This document shows positions 33,101 to 46,200 of a stretch of 64,000 nucleotides of DNA, in pieces. The stretch is from Macrostomum hystrix (lineage: Eukaryota > Animalia > Platyhelminthes). Under the pieces are notes generated by a model, which was given only the letters and a program-made list of their open reading frames with translations, did no database searches and was not told the origin of the DNA. The position numbers and the translations under genes were made by a program. The DNA lies in the NCBI GenBank assembly GCA_950097015.1, contig CATNEN010000038.1, positions 17,794,001 through 17,858,000 on the forward strand. Reading direction: 5' to 3'. Positions within the stretch are counted from its first letter, which is position 1. Each line of letters opens with the position of its first letter.

Positions 33101-36100
33101 AGTATCAGTAGAGTGAAATCCCAAGGGGGGACATTCCTTCCCAAGAATAAGTAGAGTGAAATCCCAAGGGGGGACATTCCTTCCCAAGAATCAGTAGAGT
33201 GAAATCCCAAGGGGGGACATTCCTTCCCAAGAATAAGTAGAGTGAAATCCCAAGGGGGGACATTCCTTCCCAAGAATAAGTAGAGTGAAATCCCAAGGGG
33301 GGACATTCCTTCCCAAGAATCAGTAGAGTGAAATCCCAAGGGGGGACATTCCTTCCCAAGAATCAGTAGAGTGAAATCCCAAGGGGGGGCATTCCTTCCC
33401 AAGAATCAGTAGAGTGAAATCCCAAGGGGGGCATTCCTTCCCAAGAATCAGTAGAGTGAAATCCCAAGGGGGGACATTCCTTCCCAAGAATCAGTAGAGT
33501 GAAATCCCAAGGGGGGACATTCCTTCCCAAGAATCAGTAGAGTGAAATCCCAAGGGGGGCATTGCTTCCCAAGAATCAGTAGAGTAAAATCCCAAGGGGG
33601 GCATTCCTTCCCAAGAATCAGTAGAGTGAAATCCCAAGGGGGGACATTCCTTCCCAAGAATCAGTAGAGTGAAATCCCATGGGGGGGACATTCCTTCCCA
33701 AGAATCGGAGTGTCGAAAATATCAAGACCTTATCATGCCGCACAATGTATCTCGAATATGACAGCAAATCCCAACTGACAATGTACTTGACAGGTACCGG
33801 CAGGAGCTGGAGGCCGCTCTAGCCAGGGAGCGCGATCGCGACAGCCAGCAGCAGCAGATGGAATTGGACTATCAAAGGAAGGCTGGCGAATTAGAGGCGC
33901 TACAATACGAGAAATCAGAGGCCTACATTGAGCGCCTAACTAAGGCTAGAAACCAAGCTTTAAGAGAACTGGAAGCATTGCAGACAACCCTGCAACAGAA
34001 GCAGACTTTTATACAGAGCCTATTGAAAGATAGAGAGGCCGCATTGCAGGCAATGAAAGAACATGGCATTGTTATTCCGGAGCGTCAGCTAAATTCGGTG
34101 ACCACCTCGGCTATTGAAGCCAGTCAATTAGCTGCTAGCGAGCGTCGGGTTCGGGAACTAGTTGAACAGAATGAGGCTCTGAAAGAGATTGTCAAACAGA
34201 TGCGTTTAGAGATGGAATCTTTGACCGGATCTCAGCAGCAGCAGCAGCAGCAGCAGGCACAGAAAGACAAGATCTATCTTGGCGACGCGAAATCCGCTCA
34301 GGAGGTGTCAAACGCGTTATCGAAGCTTCGCAGCGAGAAGACCGACCTATTAGCCCAGTGCCGCAAACAGCAGGCTCGCATTAATCATTTAGAAAGTCGC
34401 CTAGCCGAATGCCAGACAGAGCGAGAATCGGCTGACACGGCGGCTGAACAGATGCGCTACGAGCTATCAGCCAAGGAGCGGCATCACTCAACTGAGCTGG
34501 CCAGTTTGAAGCGTCGATTAAACGAAGCCGAGACTCAATTAGACGAGAGCCAACGTGAAGCTGACGAATATTACAAAGCTAATATAGAGGCTAATAGATT
34601 AGTTGATAAGCTGCAACAGGAGCTGCTGTTCTTGAAAGGCGGCGGCGACCAACGGGTCAGGCCTGGCGAAGTGAACTTCGGCGCCCAAGAATTATACATT
34701 CAACAGCTGCAAGACGAGATTGCCAGTTTGCGAGATAGAATGAGAGCCAAACAGTTGTATGGAGATGGCCCTGAAGATGAGGCTAGCAATGAGAGTGAAC
34801 AGGTGAGAATTGTTTCATTCGCGTTCTTAATACTCAATTTTCGCGAAATTTGCTTTTCTCCCCTTCCCCCTTTTCTCCACTTTCAATTTTTTTCCTTTCC
34901 CCACTTCCTCCCCTCACCCATTTCATCCTCTTCCCCATTTTCTTCCATCTACATTCCCTCCCCTTCCCTATTTCCTCCTCTTCCCTATTTCTTCCTCTTT
35001 ACCATTTTCTCCCCTGACCCATTTTATTTTTTCCCGTTTTCTTCCATCTATAATTATACATTCCCTCCCCTTCCCTATTTCCTCCTCTTCCTATTTCTTC
35101 CTCTTCCCCATTTCCTCCTCTTTACCATTTTCTCCCCTGGCCCATTTTCTTTTTTCCCATTTTCTTCCATCTACATTCCCTCCCCTTCCCTATTCCCTCC
35201 CCTTCCCTATTTCCTCCTCTTCCCCATTTCTTCCTCTTCCCCGTTTAACCTCTTCCACATTTCCTACCCGTCTAAATATTCTTTCTCTCCCTTATTTCTT
35301 CCATATCCCATTTTCTTCCCCTTCCTCATTTTCTCTTCTTTCCCATTTCCTCCACTTTTAAATTTCCTTCCTCTCCCCATTATCTCTTTCTTCCCATTTT
35401 CTCCCCTACTATTTTCTCCATATTTTTCTTGGTTTTTCTTTTTTCTATTTTTTTCCTCTTCTTTTTCTTTGTTCCATTATTCGACGAAAAATCTGTCAAA
35501 ACTAAGGCTATTAATTAACAAATTACCTAACACTCTCAGGTAAGCCGCCTTCGAGCCAAGCTGAAGATGGCAGCCAATCAAATCAAAAAGCTGGCCCAGG
35601 AGAATCAGGCCCTAGTAGATTTGTCCAATCGGCTGCGAGCTGAGGCCAATAAGAAGCAATCAGGGGCTGCAACCCAGACCTACGCTGGGCCGGTTGGTCG
35701 GTACAGGCCAACTCGCCAGCAACAGCAACAGCAGCAGCAGCAGCATGGCGAGCCCATAGAACTAGAGTCGCATTCTCGACGAGCAGTTAAAGACGCTGTC
35801 GGCGATATGACTAGCAAACTGGCCCAATTGGAAAGAATGCAATATTATCTAACTAGAGAGGAATTGGCTAGAAATAACTCTCAGCAACAACAACAACAGC
35901 AGCAGCAGCAGCAGCAGTCGTCAATGAACATGGGCGATAGTCTGCCAGTGAAAGACACAGCTGGTGGCGGTCCATTGCGCCGTGCCGTGGGTCTTGAATC
36001 GGCGACTGCAAATAATCCCAATAGGGATAGTCTAAATTTATCCTCAGTTGGCGGCGGAGAATCTCTGAGAGACGTCTGGCGCTTGTTGGATTCTCACCAG

Positions 36101-36259
36101 CAGCAGCAGCAGCAGCAGCTGGAGTCTGAGGACTACAATGCCAGTCAGGTCAGCGGTGGCGCCGGGTTAAGAAATCAGGCCCTTCAATCGCTGCAAATTC
36201 GAGGCAGGCGCGCAGCCGCTAATCAACGCTTCGTTGACGATGTTGAAGACGATTTGTGA
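30176..36259 (+). CDS. CCDC57: Coiled-coil domain-containing protein 57, 6 exons join(30176..30622,31099..31391,32035..32356,32700..32845,33794..34802,35540..36259), ~978 aa
   Basis: Motifs recognised from CCDC57 (KELEWK, EDFKYNLRLVRERDEEL, DIDKYRQEL..ARER..LDYQRK..KSEAYI, LSNRLRAE). All introns are GT-AG and in phase. AATAAA at ~36395. Confidence 0.88.
30815..30905 (-). mobile_element. SINE fragment (same family as 1513-1800) in CCDC57 intron 1
   Basis: cacgacaagcccccaagcc..ccaaatgaatgtggcctcgccgc matches the reverse complement of ~1560-1640. Confidence 0.7.
31450..31580 (+). mobile_element. Internally deleted SINE copy in CCDC57 intron 2
   Basis: A-box tggcggagcggtt plus shared 3' block ctcctcgctggctgcgggtc. 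Confidence 0.6.
31592..31976. repeat. 22-bp minisatellite (ccctgaaggatgagggaatcgg), reverse-complement relative of the 37.2-50.2 kb array
   Basis: Direct comparison of units. Confidence 0.93.
32975..33706. repeat. 43-bp minisatellite in CCDC57 intron 4
   Basis: aatcccaaggggggacattccttcccaagaatcagtagagtga, about 16 copies. Confidence 0.95.
34850..35475. repeat. Polypyrimidine low-complexity tract in CCDC57 intron 5
   Basis: Almost G-free C/T-rich sequence with internal duplications. Confidence 0.85.
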
Positions 36260-37211
36260 ATTGAGTTTGTTTCGTTTATTTTTTCAAATATTCTACTATC
36301 AAGTAGGCATAAATGCGCATCAGTTTAAGTGTTGCAAATCAGATTTTTCTTTGCCTTTGTCTATTTACTCTTTCCTTAATTTGCGTTTTGTATTAATAAA
36401 CTGATTTTGTGACTTAAACTAGAACTACTTCTAGTAGCATAAATAGTTTTTTTAATTCCGTTGATATTTTTATAAAAACTTCTGCTACTTATCTGCAGGT
36501 CAGATATTGTTACATTTTTATTGCCCGTAGTTTTATGTTTACTATACTAGGACTAATTCAAACTTACTGTCACCTAGAAATTTTCCGTCCATTGCTAAAA
36601 TCTGTCCTACCTACGACTCTATGTGAATTAAAGAAAATTTAAATAGAATTTTTTAAAGTATTTTTTACTGTTATAAATTACATTTTTTGTTAATTCTTTT
36701 AAGACTTCTAGGATTGCATCTACCAGTCTACTTTCATATTCACTTATCTACTTTCCTATCAATTCTACACTGCACTTTTTACTAAAGTACACCCGGTACT
36801 TTTATTTTTTTTAGCATTATTGCTTCTTCTTAATCGGCAGCATCTATCTAGAAGATTTTATCGGCAATGGCATAAATGTCATTAGAATATCCAACTAACA
36901 GCCGACAGCTACATCGGGGGGAAACCAATTAGACTGTTTATGAAGCTTTTAATCTGTCCAAAGACCTACTAGCGCAATTTAGGCTGGGCTACATTTTAGA
37001 TGCCTAATTGTTAAGATTGCATAAAGTTATCGGTTCCCTCAATTAGACATGGGCTAGGCTAGGTTGGTTACACCATTGGCCATTTGCTTGCGTTGCAGAG
37101 CATATGATATTATCAAATATTAGATTTCAGGACAGCGCTGGCCTTAACCTTCTGTAGCGCTTCCATTGTACTTCAACAAAGATTTCTTTCCCCTCAATTG
37201 ACCGACCGAAT

Positions 37212-40200
37212 AGGGACCTATTCCCTCATTATTCAGGACCGATTCCCTCATCCTTCAGCGCCGTTTCCCTCATCCTTCAGGACCGATTCCCTCATCCTTC
37301 AGGACCGATTCCCTCATCTTTCAGCGCCGATTCCCTCATCCTTCAGCGCCGATTCCCTCATCCTTCAGCGCCGTTTCCCTCATCCTTCAGGACCGATTCC
37401 CTCATCCTTCAGGACCGATTCCCTCATCCTTCAGGACCGATTCCCTCATCCTTCAGGACCGTTTCCCTCATCCTTCAGGACCGATTCCCTCATCCTTCAG
37501 GACCGTTTCCCTCATCCTTCAGGACCGATTCCCTCATCCTTCAGCGCCGTTTCCCTCATCCTTCAGCGCCGTTTCCCTCATCCTTCAGCGCCGTTTCCCT
37601 CATCTTTCAGCGCCGATTCCCTCATCCTTCAGCGCCGATTCCCTCATCCTTCAGCGCCGTTTCCCTCATTCTTCAGGACCGATTCCCTCATCCTTCAGGA
37701 CCGATTCCCTCATCCTTCAGGACCGATTCCCTCATCCTTCAGGACCGATTCCCTCATCCTTCAGGACCGTTTCCCTCATCCTTCAGGACCGATTCCCTCA
37801 TCCTTCAGGACCGTTTCTCTCATCCTTCAGGACCGATTCCCTCATCCTTCAGCGCCGTTTCCCTCATCATTCAGGACCGATTCCCTCATCCTTCAACGCC
37901 GTTTCCCTCATCCTTCAGCGCCGTTTCCCTCATCCTTCAGCGCCGATTCCCTCATTATTCAGGGCCGATTCCCTCATCCTTCAGCGCCGTTTCCCTCATC
38001 ATTCAGGACCGATTCCCTCATTATTCAGGGCCGATTCCCTCATCCTTCAGCGCCGATTCCCTCATCTTTCAGCGCCGATTCCCTCATCCTTCAGGACCGA
38101 TTCCCTCATCCTTCAGCGCCGTTTCCCTCATCCTTCAGGACCGATTCCCTCATCCTTCAGGACCGATTCCCTCATCTTTCAGCGCCGATTCCCTCATCCT
38201 TCAGCGCCGATTCCCTCATCCTTCAGCGCCGTTTCCCTCATCCTTCAGGACCGATTCCCTCATCCTTCAGGACCGATTCCCTCATCCTTCAGGACCGATT
38301 CCCTCATCCTTCAGGACCGTTTCCCTCATCCTTCAGGACCGATTCCCTCATCCTTCAGGACCGTTTCCCTCATCCTTCAGGACCGATTCCCTCATCCTTC
38401 AGCGCCGTTTCCCTCATCCTTCAGGACCGATTCCCTCATCCTTCAGCGCCGTTTCCCTCATCCTTCAGCGCCGTTTCCCTCATCCTTCAGCGCCGTTTCC
38501 CTCATCTTTCAGCGCCGATTCCCTCATCCTTCAGCGCCGATTCCCTCATCCTTCAGCGCCGTTTCCCTCATTCTTCAGGACCGATTCCCTCATCCTTCAG
38601 GACCGATTCCCTCATCCTTCAGGACCGATTCCCTCATCCTTCAGGACCGATTCCCTCATCCTTCAGGACCGTTTCCCTCATCCTTCAGGACCGATTCCCT
38701 CATCCTTCAGGACCGTTTCTCTCATCCTTCAGGACCGATTCCCTCATCCTTCAGCGCCGTTTCCCTCATCCTTCAGGACCGATTCCCTCATCCTTCAACG
38801 CCGTTTCCCTCATCCTTCAGCGCCGTTTCCCTCATCCTTCAGCGCCGATTCCCTCATTATTCAGGGCCGATTCCCTCATCCTTCAGCGCCGTTTCCCTCA
38901 TCCTTCAGGACCGATTCCCTCATCCTTCAGGACCGATTCCCTCATCCTTCAGCGCCGTTTCCCTCATCATTCAGGACCGATTCCCTCATTATTCAGGGCC
39001 GATTCCCTCATCCTTCAGCGCCGATTCCCTCATCTTTCAGCGCCGATTCCCTCATCCTTCAGGGCCGTTTCCATCATCCTTCAGCGCCGATTCCCTCATC
39101 CTTCAGCGCCGATTCCCTCATCCTTCAGCGCCGTTTCCCTCATCCTTCAGGACCGATTCCTTCATCCTTCAGCGCCGTTTCCCTCATCTTTCAGCGCCGA
39201 TTCCCTCATCCTTCAGCGCCGATTCCCTCATCCTTCAGCGCCGTTTCCCTCATCTTTCAGCGCCGATTCCCTCATCCTTCAGCGCCGTTTCCCTCATCAT
39301 TCAGGACCGATTCCCTCATCCTTCAGCGCCGATTCCCTCATCCTTCAGCGCCGATTCCCTCATCCTTCAGCGCCGATTCCCTCATCCTTCAGCGCCGTTT
39401 CCCTCATCCTTCAGGACCGATTCCCTCATCCTTCAGGACCGATTCCCTCATCCTTCAGGACCGATTCCCTCATCCTTCAGGACCGATTCCCTCATCCTTC
39501 AGGACCGTTTCCCTCATCCTTCAGGACCGATTCCCTCATCCTTCAGGACCGTTTCCCTCATCCTTCAGGACCGATTCCCTCATCCTTCAGCGCCGTTTCC
39601 CTCATCCTTCAGCGCCGATTCCCTCATTATTCAGGGCCGATTCCCTCATCCTTCAGCGCCGTTTTCCTCATCCTTCAGGACCGATTCCCTCATCCTTCAG
39701 GATCGATTCCCTCATCCTTCAGCGCCGATTCCCTCATCATTCAGGACCGTTTCCCTCATCCTTCAGCGCCGATTCCCTCATCCTTCAGGACCGATTCCCT
39801 CATCCTTCAGGACCGATTCCCTCATCCTTCAGGACCGTTTCCCTCATCCTTCAGCGCCGTTTCCCTCATCTTTCAGCGCCGATTCCCTCATCCTTCAGCG
39901 CCGATTCCCTCATCCTTCAGCGCCGTTTCCCTCATCCTTCAGCGCCGTTTCCCTCATCCTTCAGCGCCGATTCCCTCATTATTCAGGGCCGATTCCCTCA
40001 TCCTTCAGCGCCGTTTCCCTCATCCTTCAGGACCGATTCCCTCATCCTTCAGGACCGATTCCCTCATCCTTCAGCGCCGTTTCCCTCATCATTCAGGACC
40101 GATTCCCTCATTATTCAGGGCCGATTCCCTCATCCTTCAGCGCCGATTCCCTCATCTTTCAGCGCCGATTCCCTCATCCTTCAGGGCCGTTTCCATCATC

Positions 40201-43200
40201 CTTCAGCGCCGATTCCCTCATCCTTCAGCGCCGATTCCCTCATCCTTCAGCGCCGTTTCCCTCATCCTTCAGGACCGATTCCTTCATCCTTCAGCGCCGT
40301 TTCCCTCATCTTTCAGCGCCGATTCCCTCATCCTTCAGCGCCGATTCCCTCATCCTTCAGCGCCGTTTCCCTCATCTTTCAGCGCCGATTCCCTCATCCT
40401 TCAGCGCCGTTTCCCTCATCATTCAGGACCGATTCCCTCATCCTTCAGCGCCGATTCCCTCATCCTTCAGCGCCGATTCCCTCATCCTTCAGCGCCGATT
40501 CCCTCATCCTTCAGCGCCGTTTCCCTCATCCTTCAGGACCGATTCCCTCATCCTTCAGGACCGATTCCCTCATCCTTCAGGACCGATTCCCTCATCCTTC
40601 AGGACCGATTCCCTCATCCTTCAGGACCGTTTCCCTCATCCTTCAGGACCGATTCCCTCATCCTTCAGGACCGTTTCCCTCATCCTTCAGGACCGATTCC
40701 CTCATCCTTCAGCGCCGTTTCCCTCATCCTTCAGCGCCGATTCCCTCATTATTCAGGGCCGATTCCCTCATCCTTCAGCGCCGTTTTCCTCATCCTTCAG
40801 GACCGATTCCCTCATCCTTCAGGATCGATTCCCTCATCCTTCAGCGCCGATTCCCTCATCATTCAGGACCGTTTCCCTCATCCTTCAGCGCCGATTCCCT
40901 CATCCTTCAGGACCGATTCCCTCATCCTTCAGGACCGATTCCCTCATCCTTCAGGACCGTTTCCCTCATCCTTCAGCGCCGTTTCCCTCATCTTTCAGCG
41001 CCGATTCCCTCATCCTTCAGCGCCGATTCCCTCATCCTTCAGCGCCGTTTCCCTCATCCTTCAGCGCCGTTTCCCTCATCCTTCAGCGCCGATTCCCTCA
41101 TTATTCAGGGCCGATTCCCTCATCCTTCAGCGCCGTTTCCCTCATCCTTCAGGACCGATTCCCTCATCCTTCAGGACCGATTCCCTCATCCTTCAGCGCC
41201 GTTTCCCTCATCATTCAGGACCGATTCCCTCATTATTCAGGGCCGATTCCCTCATCCTTCAGCGCCGATTCCCTCATCTTTCAGCGCCGATTCCCTCATC
41301 CTTCAGGGCCGTTTCCATCATCCTTCAGCGCCGATTCCCTCATCCTTCAGCGCCGATTCCCTCATCCTTCAGCGCCGTTTCCCTCATCCTTCAGGACCGA
41401 TTCCCTCATCCTTCAGCGCCGTTTCCCTCATCTTTCAGCGCCGATTCCCTCATCCTTCAGCGCCGATTCCCTCATCCTTCAGCGCCGTTTCCCTCATCTT
41501 TCAGCGCCGATTCCCTCATCCTTCAGCGCCGTTTCCCTCATCATTCAGGACCGATTCCCTCATCCTTCAGCGCCGATTCCCTCATCCTTCAGCGCCGATT
41601 CCCTCATCCTTCAGCGCCGATTCCCTCATCCTTCAGCGCCGTTTCCCTCATCCTTCAGGACCGATTCCCTCATCCTTCAGGACCGATTCCCTCATCCTTC
41701 AGGACCGATTCCCTCATCCTTCAGGACCGATTCCCTCATCCTTCAGGACCGTTTCCCTCATCCTTCAGGACCGATTCCCTCATCCTTCAGGACCGTTTCC
41801 CTCATCCTTCAGGACCGATTCCCTCATCCTTCAGCGCCGTTTCCCTCATCCTTCAGCGCCGATTCCCTCATTATTCAGGGCCGATTCCCTCATCCTTCAG
41901 CGCCGTTTTCCTCATCCTTCAGGACCGATTCCCTCATCCTTCAGGATCGATTCCCTCATCCTTCAGCGCCGATTCCCTCATCATTCAGGACCGTTTCCCT
42001 CATCCTTCAGCGCCGATTCCCTCATCCTTCAGGACCGATTCCCTCATCCTTCAGGACCGATTCCCTCATCCTTCAGCGCCGTTTCCCTCATCATTCAGGA
42101 CCGATTCCCTCATTATTCAGGGCCGATTCCCTCATCATTCAGGACCGATTCCCTCATCATTCAGCGCCGATTCCCTCATCCTTCAGCGCCGTTTCCCTCA
42201 TCTTTCAGCGCCGATTCCCTCATCCTTCAGCGCCGTTTCCCTCATCATTCAGGACCGATTCCCTCATCCTTCAGCGCCGATTCCCTCATCCTTCAGCGCC
42301 GATTCCCTCATCCTTCAGCGCCGATTCCCTCATCCTTCAGCGCCGTTTCCCTCATCCTTCAGGACCGATTCCCTCATCCTTCAGGACCGATTCCCTCATC
42401 CTTCAGGACCGATTCCCTCATCCTTCAGGACCGATTCCCTCATCCTTCAGGACCGTTTCCCTCATCCTTCAGGACCGATTCCCTCATCCTTCAGGACCGT
42501 TTCCCTCATCCTTCAGGACCGATTCCCTCATCCTTCAGCGCCGTTTCCCTCATCCTTCAGCGCCGATTCCCTCATTATTCAGGGCCGATTCCCTCATCCT
42601 TCAGCGCCGTTTTCCTCATCCTTCAGGACCGATTCCCTCATCCTTCAGGATCGATTCCCTCATCCTTCAGCGCCGATTCCCTCATCATTCAGGACCGTTT
42701 CCCTCATCCTTCAGCGCCGATTCCCTCATCCTTCAGGACCGATTCCCTCATCCTTCAGGACCGATTCCCTCATCCTTCAGGACCGTTTCCCTCATCCTTC
42801 AGCGCCGTTTCCCTCATCTTTCAGCGCCGATTCCCTCATCCTTCAGCGCCGATTCCCTCATCCTTCAGCGCCGTTTCCCTCATCCTTCAGCGCCGTTTCC
42901 CTCATCCTTCAGCGCCGATTCCCTCATTATTCAGGGCCGATTCCCTCATCCTTCAGCGCCGTTTCCCTCATCCTTCAGGACCGATTCCCTCATCCTTCAG
43001 GACCGATTCCCTCATCCTTCAGCGCCGTTTCCCTCATCATTCAGGACCGATTCCCTCATTATTCAGGGCCGATTCCCTCATCCTTCAGCGCCGATTCCCT
43101 CATCTTTCAGCGCCGATTCCCTCATCCTTCAGGGCCGTTTCCATCATCCTTCAGCGCCGATTCCCTCATCCTTCAGCGCCGATTCCCTCATCCTTCAGCG

Positions 43201-46200
43201 CCGTTTCCCTCATCCTTCAGGACCGATTCCCTCATCATTCAGGACCGTTTCCCTCATCCTTCAGCGCCGATTCCCTCATCCTTCAGGACCGATTCCCTCA
43301 TCCTTCAGGACCGATTCCCTCATCCTTCAGGACCGTTTCCCTCATCCTTCAGCGCCGTTTCCCTCATCTTTCAGCGCCGATTCCCTCATCCTTCAGCGCC
43401 GATTCCCTCATCCTTCAGCGCCGTTTCCCTCATCCTTCAGCGCCGTTTCCCTCATCCTTCAGCGCCGATTCCCTCATTATTCAGGGCCGATTCCCTCATC
43501 CTTCAGCGCCGTTTCCCTCATCCTTCAGGACCGATTCCCTCATCCTTCAGGACCGATTCCCTCATCCTTCAGCGCCGTTTCCCTCATCATTCAGGACCGA
43601 TTCCCTCATTATTCAGGGCCGATTCCCTCATCCTTCAGCGCCGATTCCCTCATCTTTCAGCGCCGATTCCCTCATCCTTCAGGGCCGTTTCCATCATCCT
43701 TCAGCGCCGATTCCCTCATCCTTCAGCGCCGATTCCCTCATCCTTCAGCGCCGTTTCCCTCATCCTTCAGGACCGATTCCCTCATCCTTCAGCGCCGTTT
43801 CCCTCATCTTTCAGCGCCGATTCCCTCATCCTTCAGCGCCGATTCCCTCATCCTTCAGCGCCGTTTCCCTCATCTTTCAGCGCCGATTCCCTCATCCTTC
43901 AGCGCCGTTTCCCTCATCATTCAGGACCGATTCCCTCATCCTTCAGCGCCGATTCCCTCATCCTTCAGCGCCGATTCCCTCATCCTTCAGCGCCGATTCC
44001 CTCATCCTTCAGCGCCGTTTCCCTCATCCTTCAGGACCGATTCCCTCATCCTTCAGGACCGATTCCCTCATCCTTCAGGACCGATTCCCTCATCCTTCAG
44101 GACCGATTCCCTCATCCTTCAGGACCGTTTCCCTCATCCTTCAGGACCGATTCCCTCATCCTTCAGGACCGTTTCCCTCATCCTTCAGGACCGATTCCCT
44201 CATCCTTCAGCGCCGTTTCCCTCATCCTTCAGCGCCGATTCCCTCATTATTCAGGGCCGATTCCCTCATCCTTCAGCGCCGTTTTCCTCATCCTTCAGGA
44301 CCGTTTCCCTCATCCTTCAGGATCGATTCCCTCATCCTTCAGCGCCGATTCCCTCATCATTCAGGACCGTTTCCCTCATCCTTCAGCGCCGATTCCCTCA
44401 TCCTTCAGGACCGATTCCCTCATCCTTCAGGACCGATTCCCTCATCCTTCAGGACCGTTTCCCTCATCCTTCAGGACCGATTCCCTCATCCTTCAGCGCC
44501 GTTTCCCTCATCATTCAGGACCGATTCCCTCATTATTCAGGGCCGATTCCCTCATCCTTCAGCGCCGTTTCCCTCATCATTCAGGACCGATTCCCTCATT
44601 ATTCAGGGCCGATTCCCTCATCATTCAGGACCGATTCCCTCATCATTCAGGACCGTTTCCCTCATCATTCAGGACCGATTCCCTCATCATTCAGCGCCGA
44701 TTCCCTCATCCTTCAGGACCGATTCCCTCATCCTTCAGGACCGTTTCCCTCATCCTTCAGGACCGATTCCCTCATCCTTCAGCGCCGTTTCCCTCATAAT
44801 TCAGGACCGATTCCCTCATCCTTCAGGACCGATTCCCTCATCATTCAGCGCCGTTTCCCTCATCCTTCAGGACCGATTCCCTCATCCTTCAGGACCGTTT
44901 CCCTCATCCTTCAGGACCGATTCCCTCATCCTTCAGCGCCGATTCCCTCATCCTTCAGGACCGATTCCCTCATCCTTCAGGACCGTTTCCCTCATCCTTC
45001 AGGACCGATTCCCTCATCCTTCAGCGCCGTTTCCCTCATAATTCAGGACCGATTCCCTCATTATTCAGGGCCGATTCCCTCATCCTTCAGCGCCGTTTCC
45101 CTCATCATTCAGGACCGATTCCCTCATTATTCAGGGCCGATTCCCTCATCATTCAGGACCGATTCCCTCATCATTCAGGACCGTTTCCCTCATCATTCAG
45201 GACCGATTCCCTCATCATTCAGGACCGTTTCCCTCATCCTTCAGCGCCGATTCCCTCATCCTTCAGGACCGATTCCCTCATCCTTCAGGACCGTTTCCCT
45301 TATCCTTCAGGACCGATTCCCTCATTATTCAGGGCCGATTCCCTCATCCTTCAGGGCCGATTCCCTCATCCTTCAGAGGCGGATTCCATCATCCTTCAGG
45401 ACCGATTCCCTCATCCTTCAGGGCCGATTCCTTCATCCTTCAGGGCCGATTCCCTCATCCTTCAGGACCGATTCCCTCATCCTTCAGGACCGTTTCCCTC
45501 ATCCTTCAGGACCGATTCCCTCATCCTTCAGGACCGTTTCCCTCATCCTTCAGGACCGATTCCCTCATCCTTCAGCGCCGTTTCCCTCATCCTTCAGCGC
45601 CGATTCCCTCATTATTCAGGGCCGATTCCCTCATCCTTCAGCGCCGTTTTCCTCATCCTTCAGGACCGATTCCCTCATCCTTCAGGATCGATTCCCTCAT
45701 CCTTCAGCGCCGATTCCCTCATCATTCAGGACCGTTTCCCTCATCCTTCAGCGCCGATTCCCTCATCCTTCAGGACCGATTCCCTCATCCTTCAGGACCG
45801 ATTCCCTCATCCTTCAGCGCCGTTTCCCTCATCATTCAGGACCGATTCCCTCATTATTCAGGGCCGATTCCCTCATCATTCAGGACCGATTCCCTCATCA
45901 TTCAGGACCGTTTCCCTCATCATTCAGGACCGATTCCCTCATCATTCAGGACCGTTTCCCTCATCCTTCAGCGCCGATTCCCTCATCCTTCAGGACCGAT
46001 TCCCTCATCCTTCAGGACCGTTTCCCTCATCCTTCAGGACCGATTCCCTCATCCTTCAGGACCGATTCCCTCATCCTTCAGCGCCGATTCCCTCATCCTT
46101 CAGCGCCGATTCCCTCATCCTTCAGCGCCGTTTCCCTCATCATTCAGGACCGTTTCCCTCATTATTCAGGGCCGATTCCCTCATCATTCAGGACCGATTC

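Noticed and set aside
34803-35543. Hydrophobic F/P/S-rich C-terminal extension of ORF 33858..35543
   Set aside because: Read-through into a polypyrimidine intron bounded by GT (34803) and AG (35539). CCDC57 homology resumes in the next exon.
37198-44799. 2533-aa ORF
   Set aside because: The 22-bp unit has no stop codon in any + frame, so the ORF is automatic. It starts at TTG and cycles through all three phases of the unit, with no coding signature.
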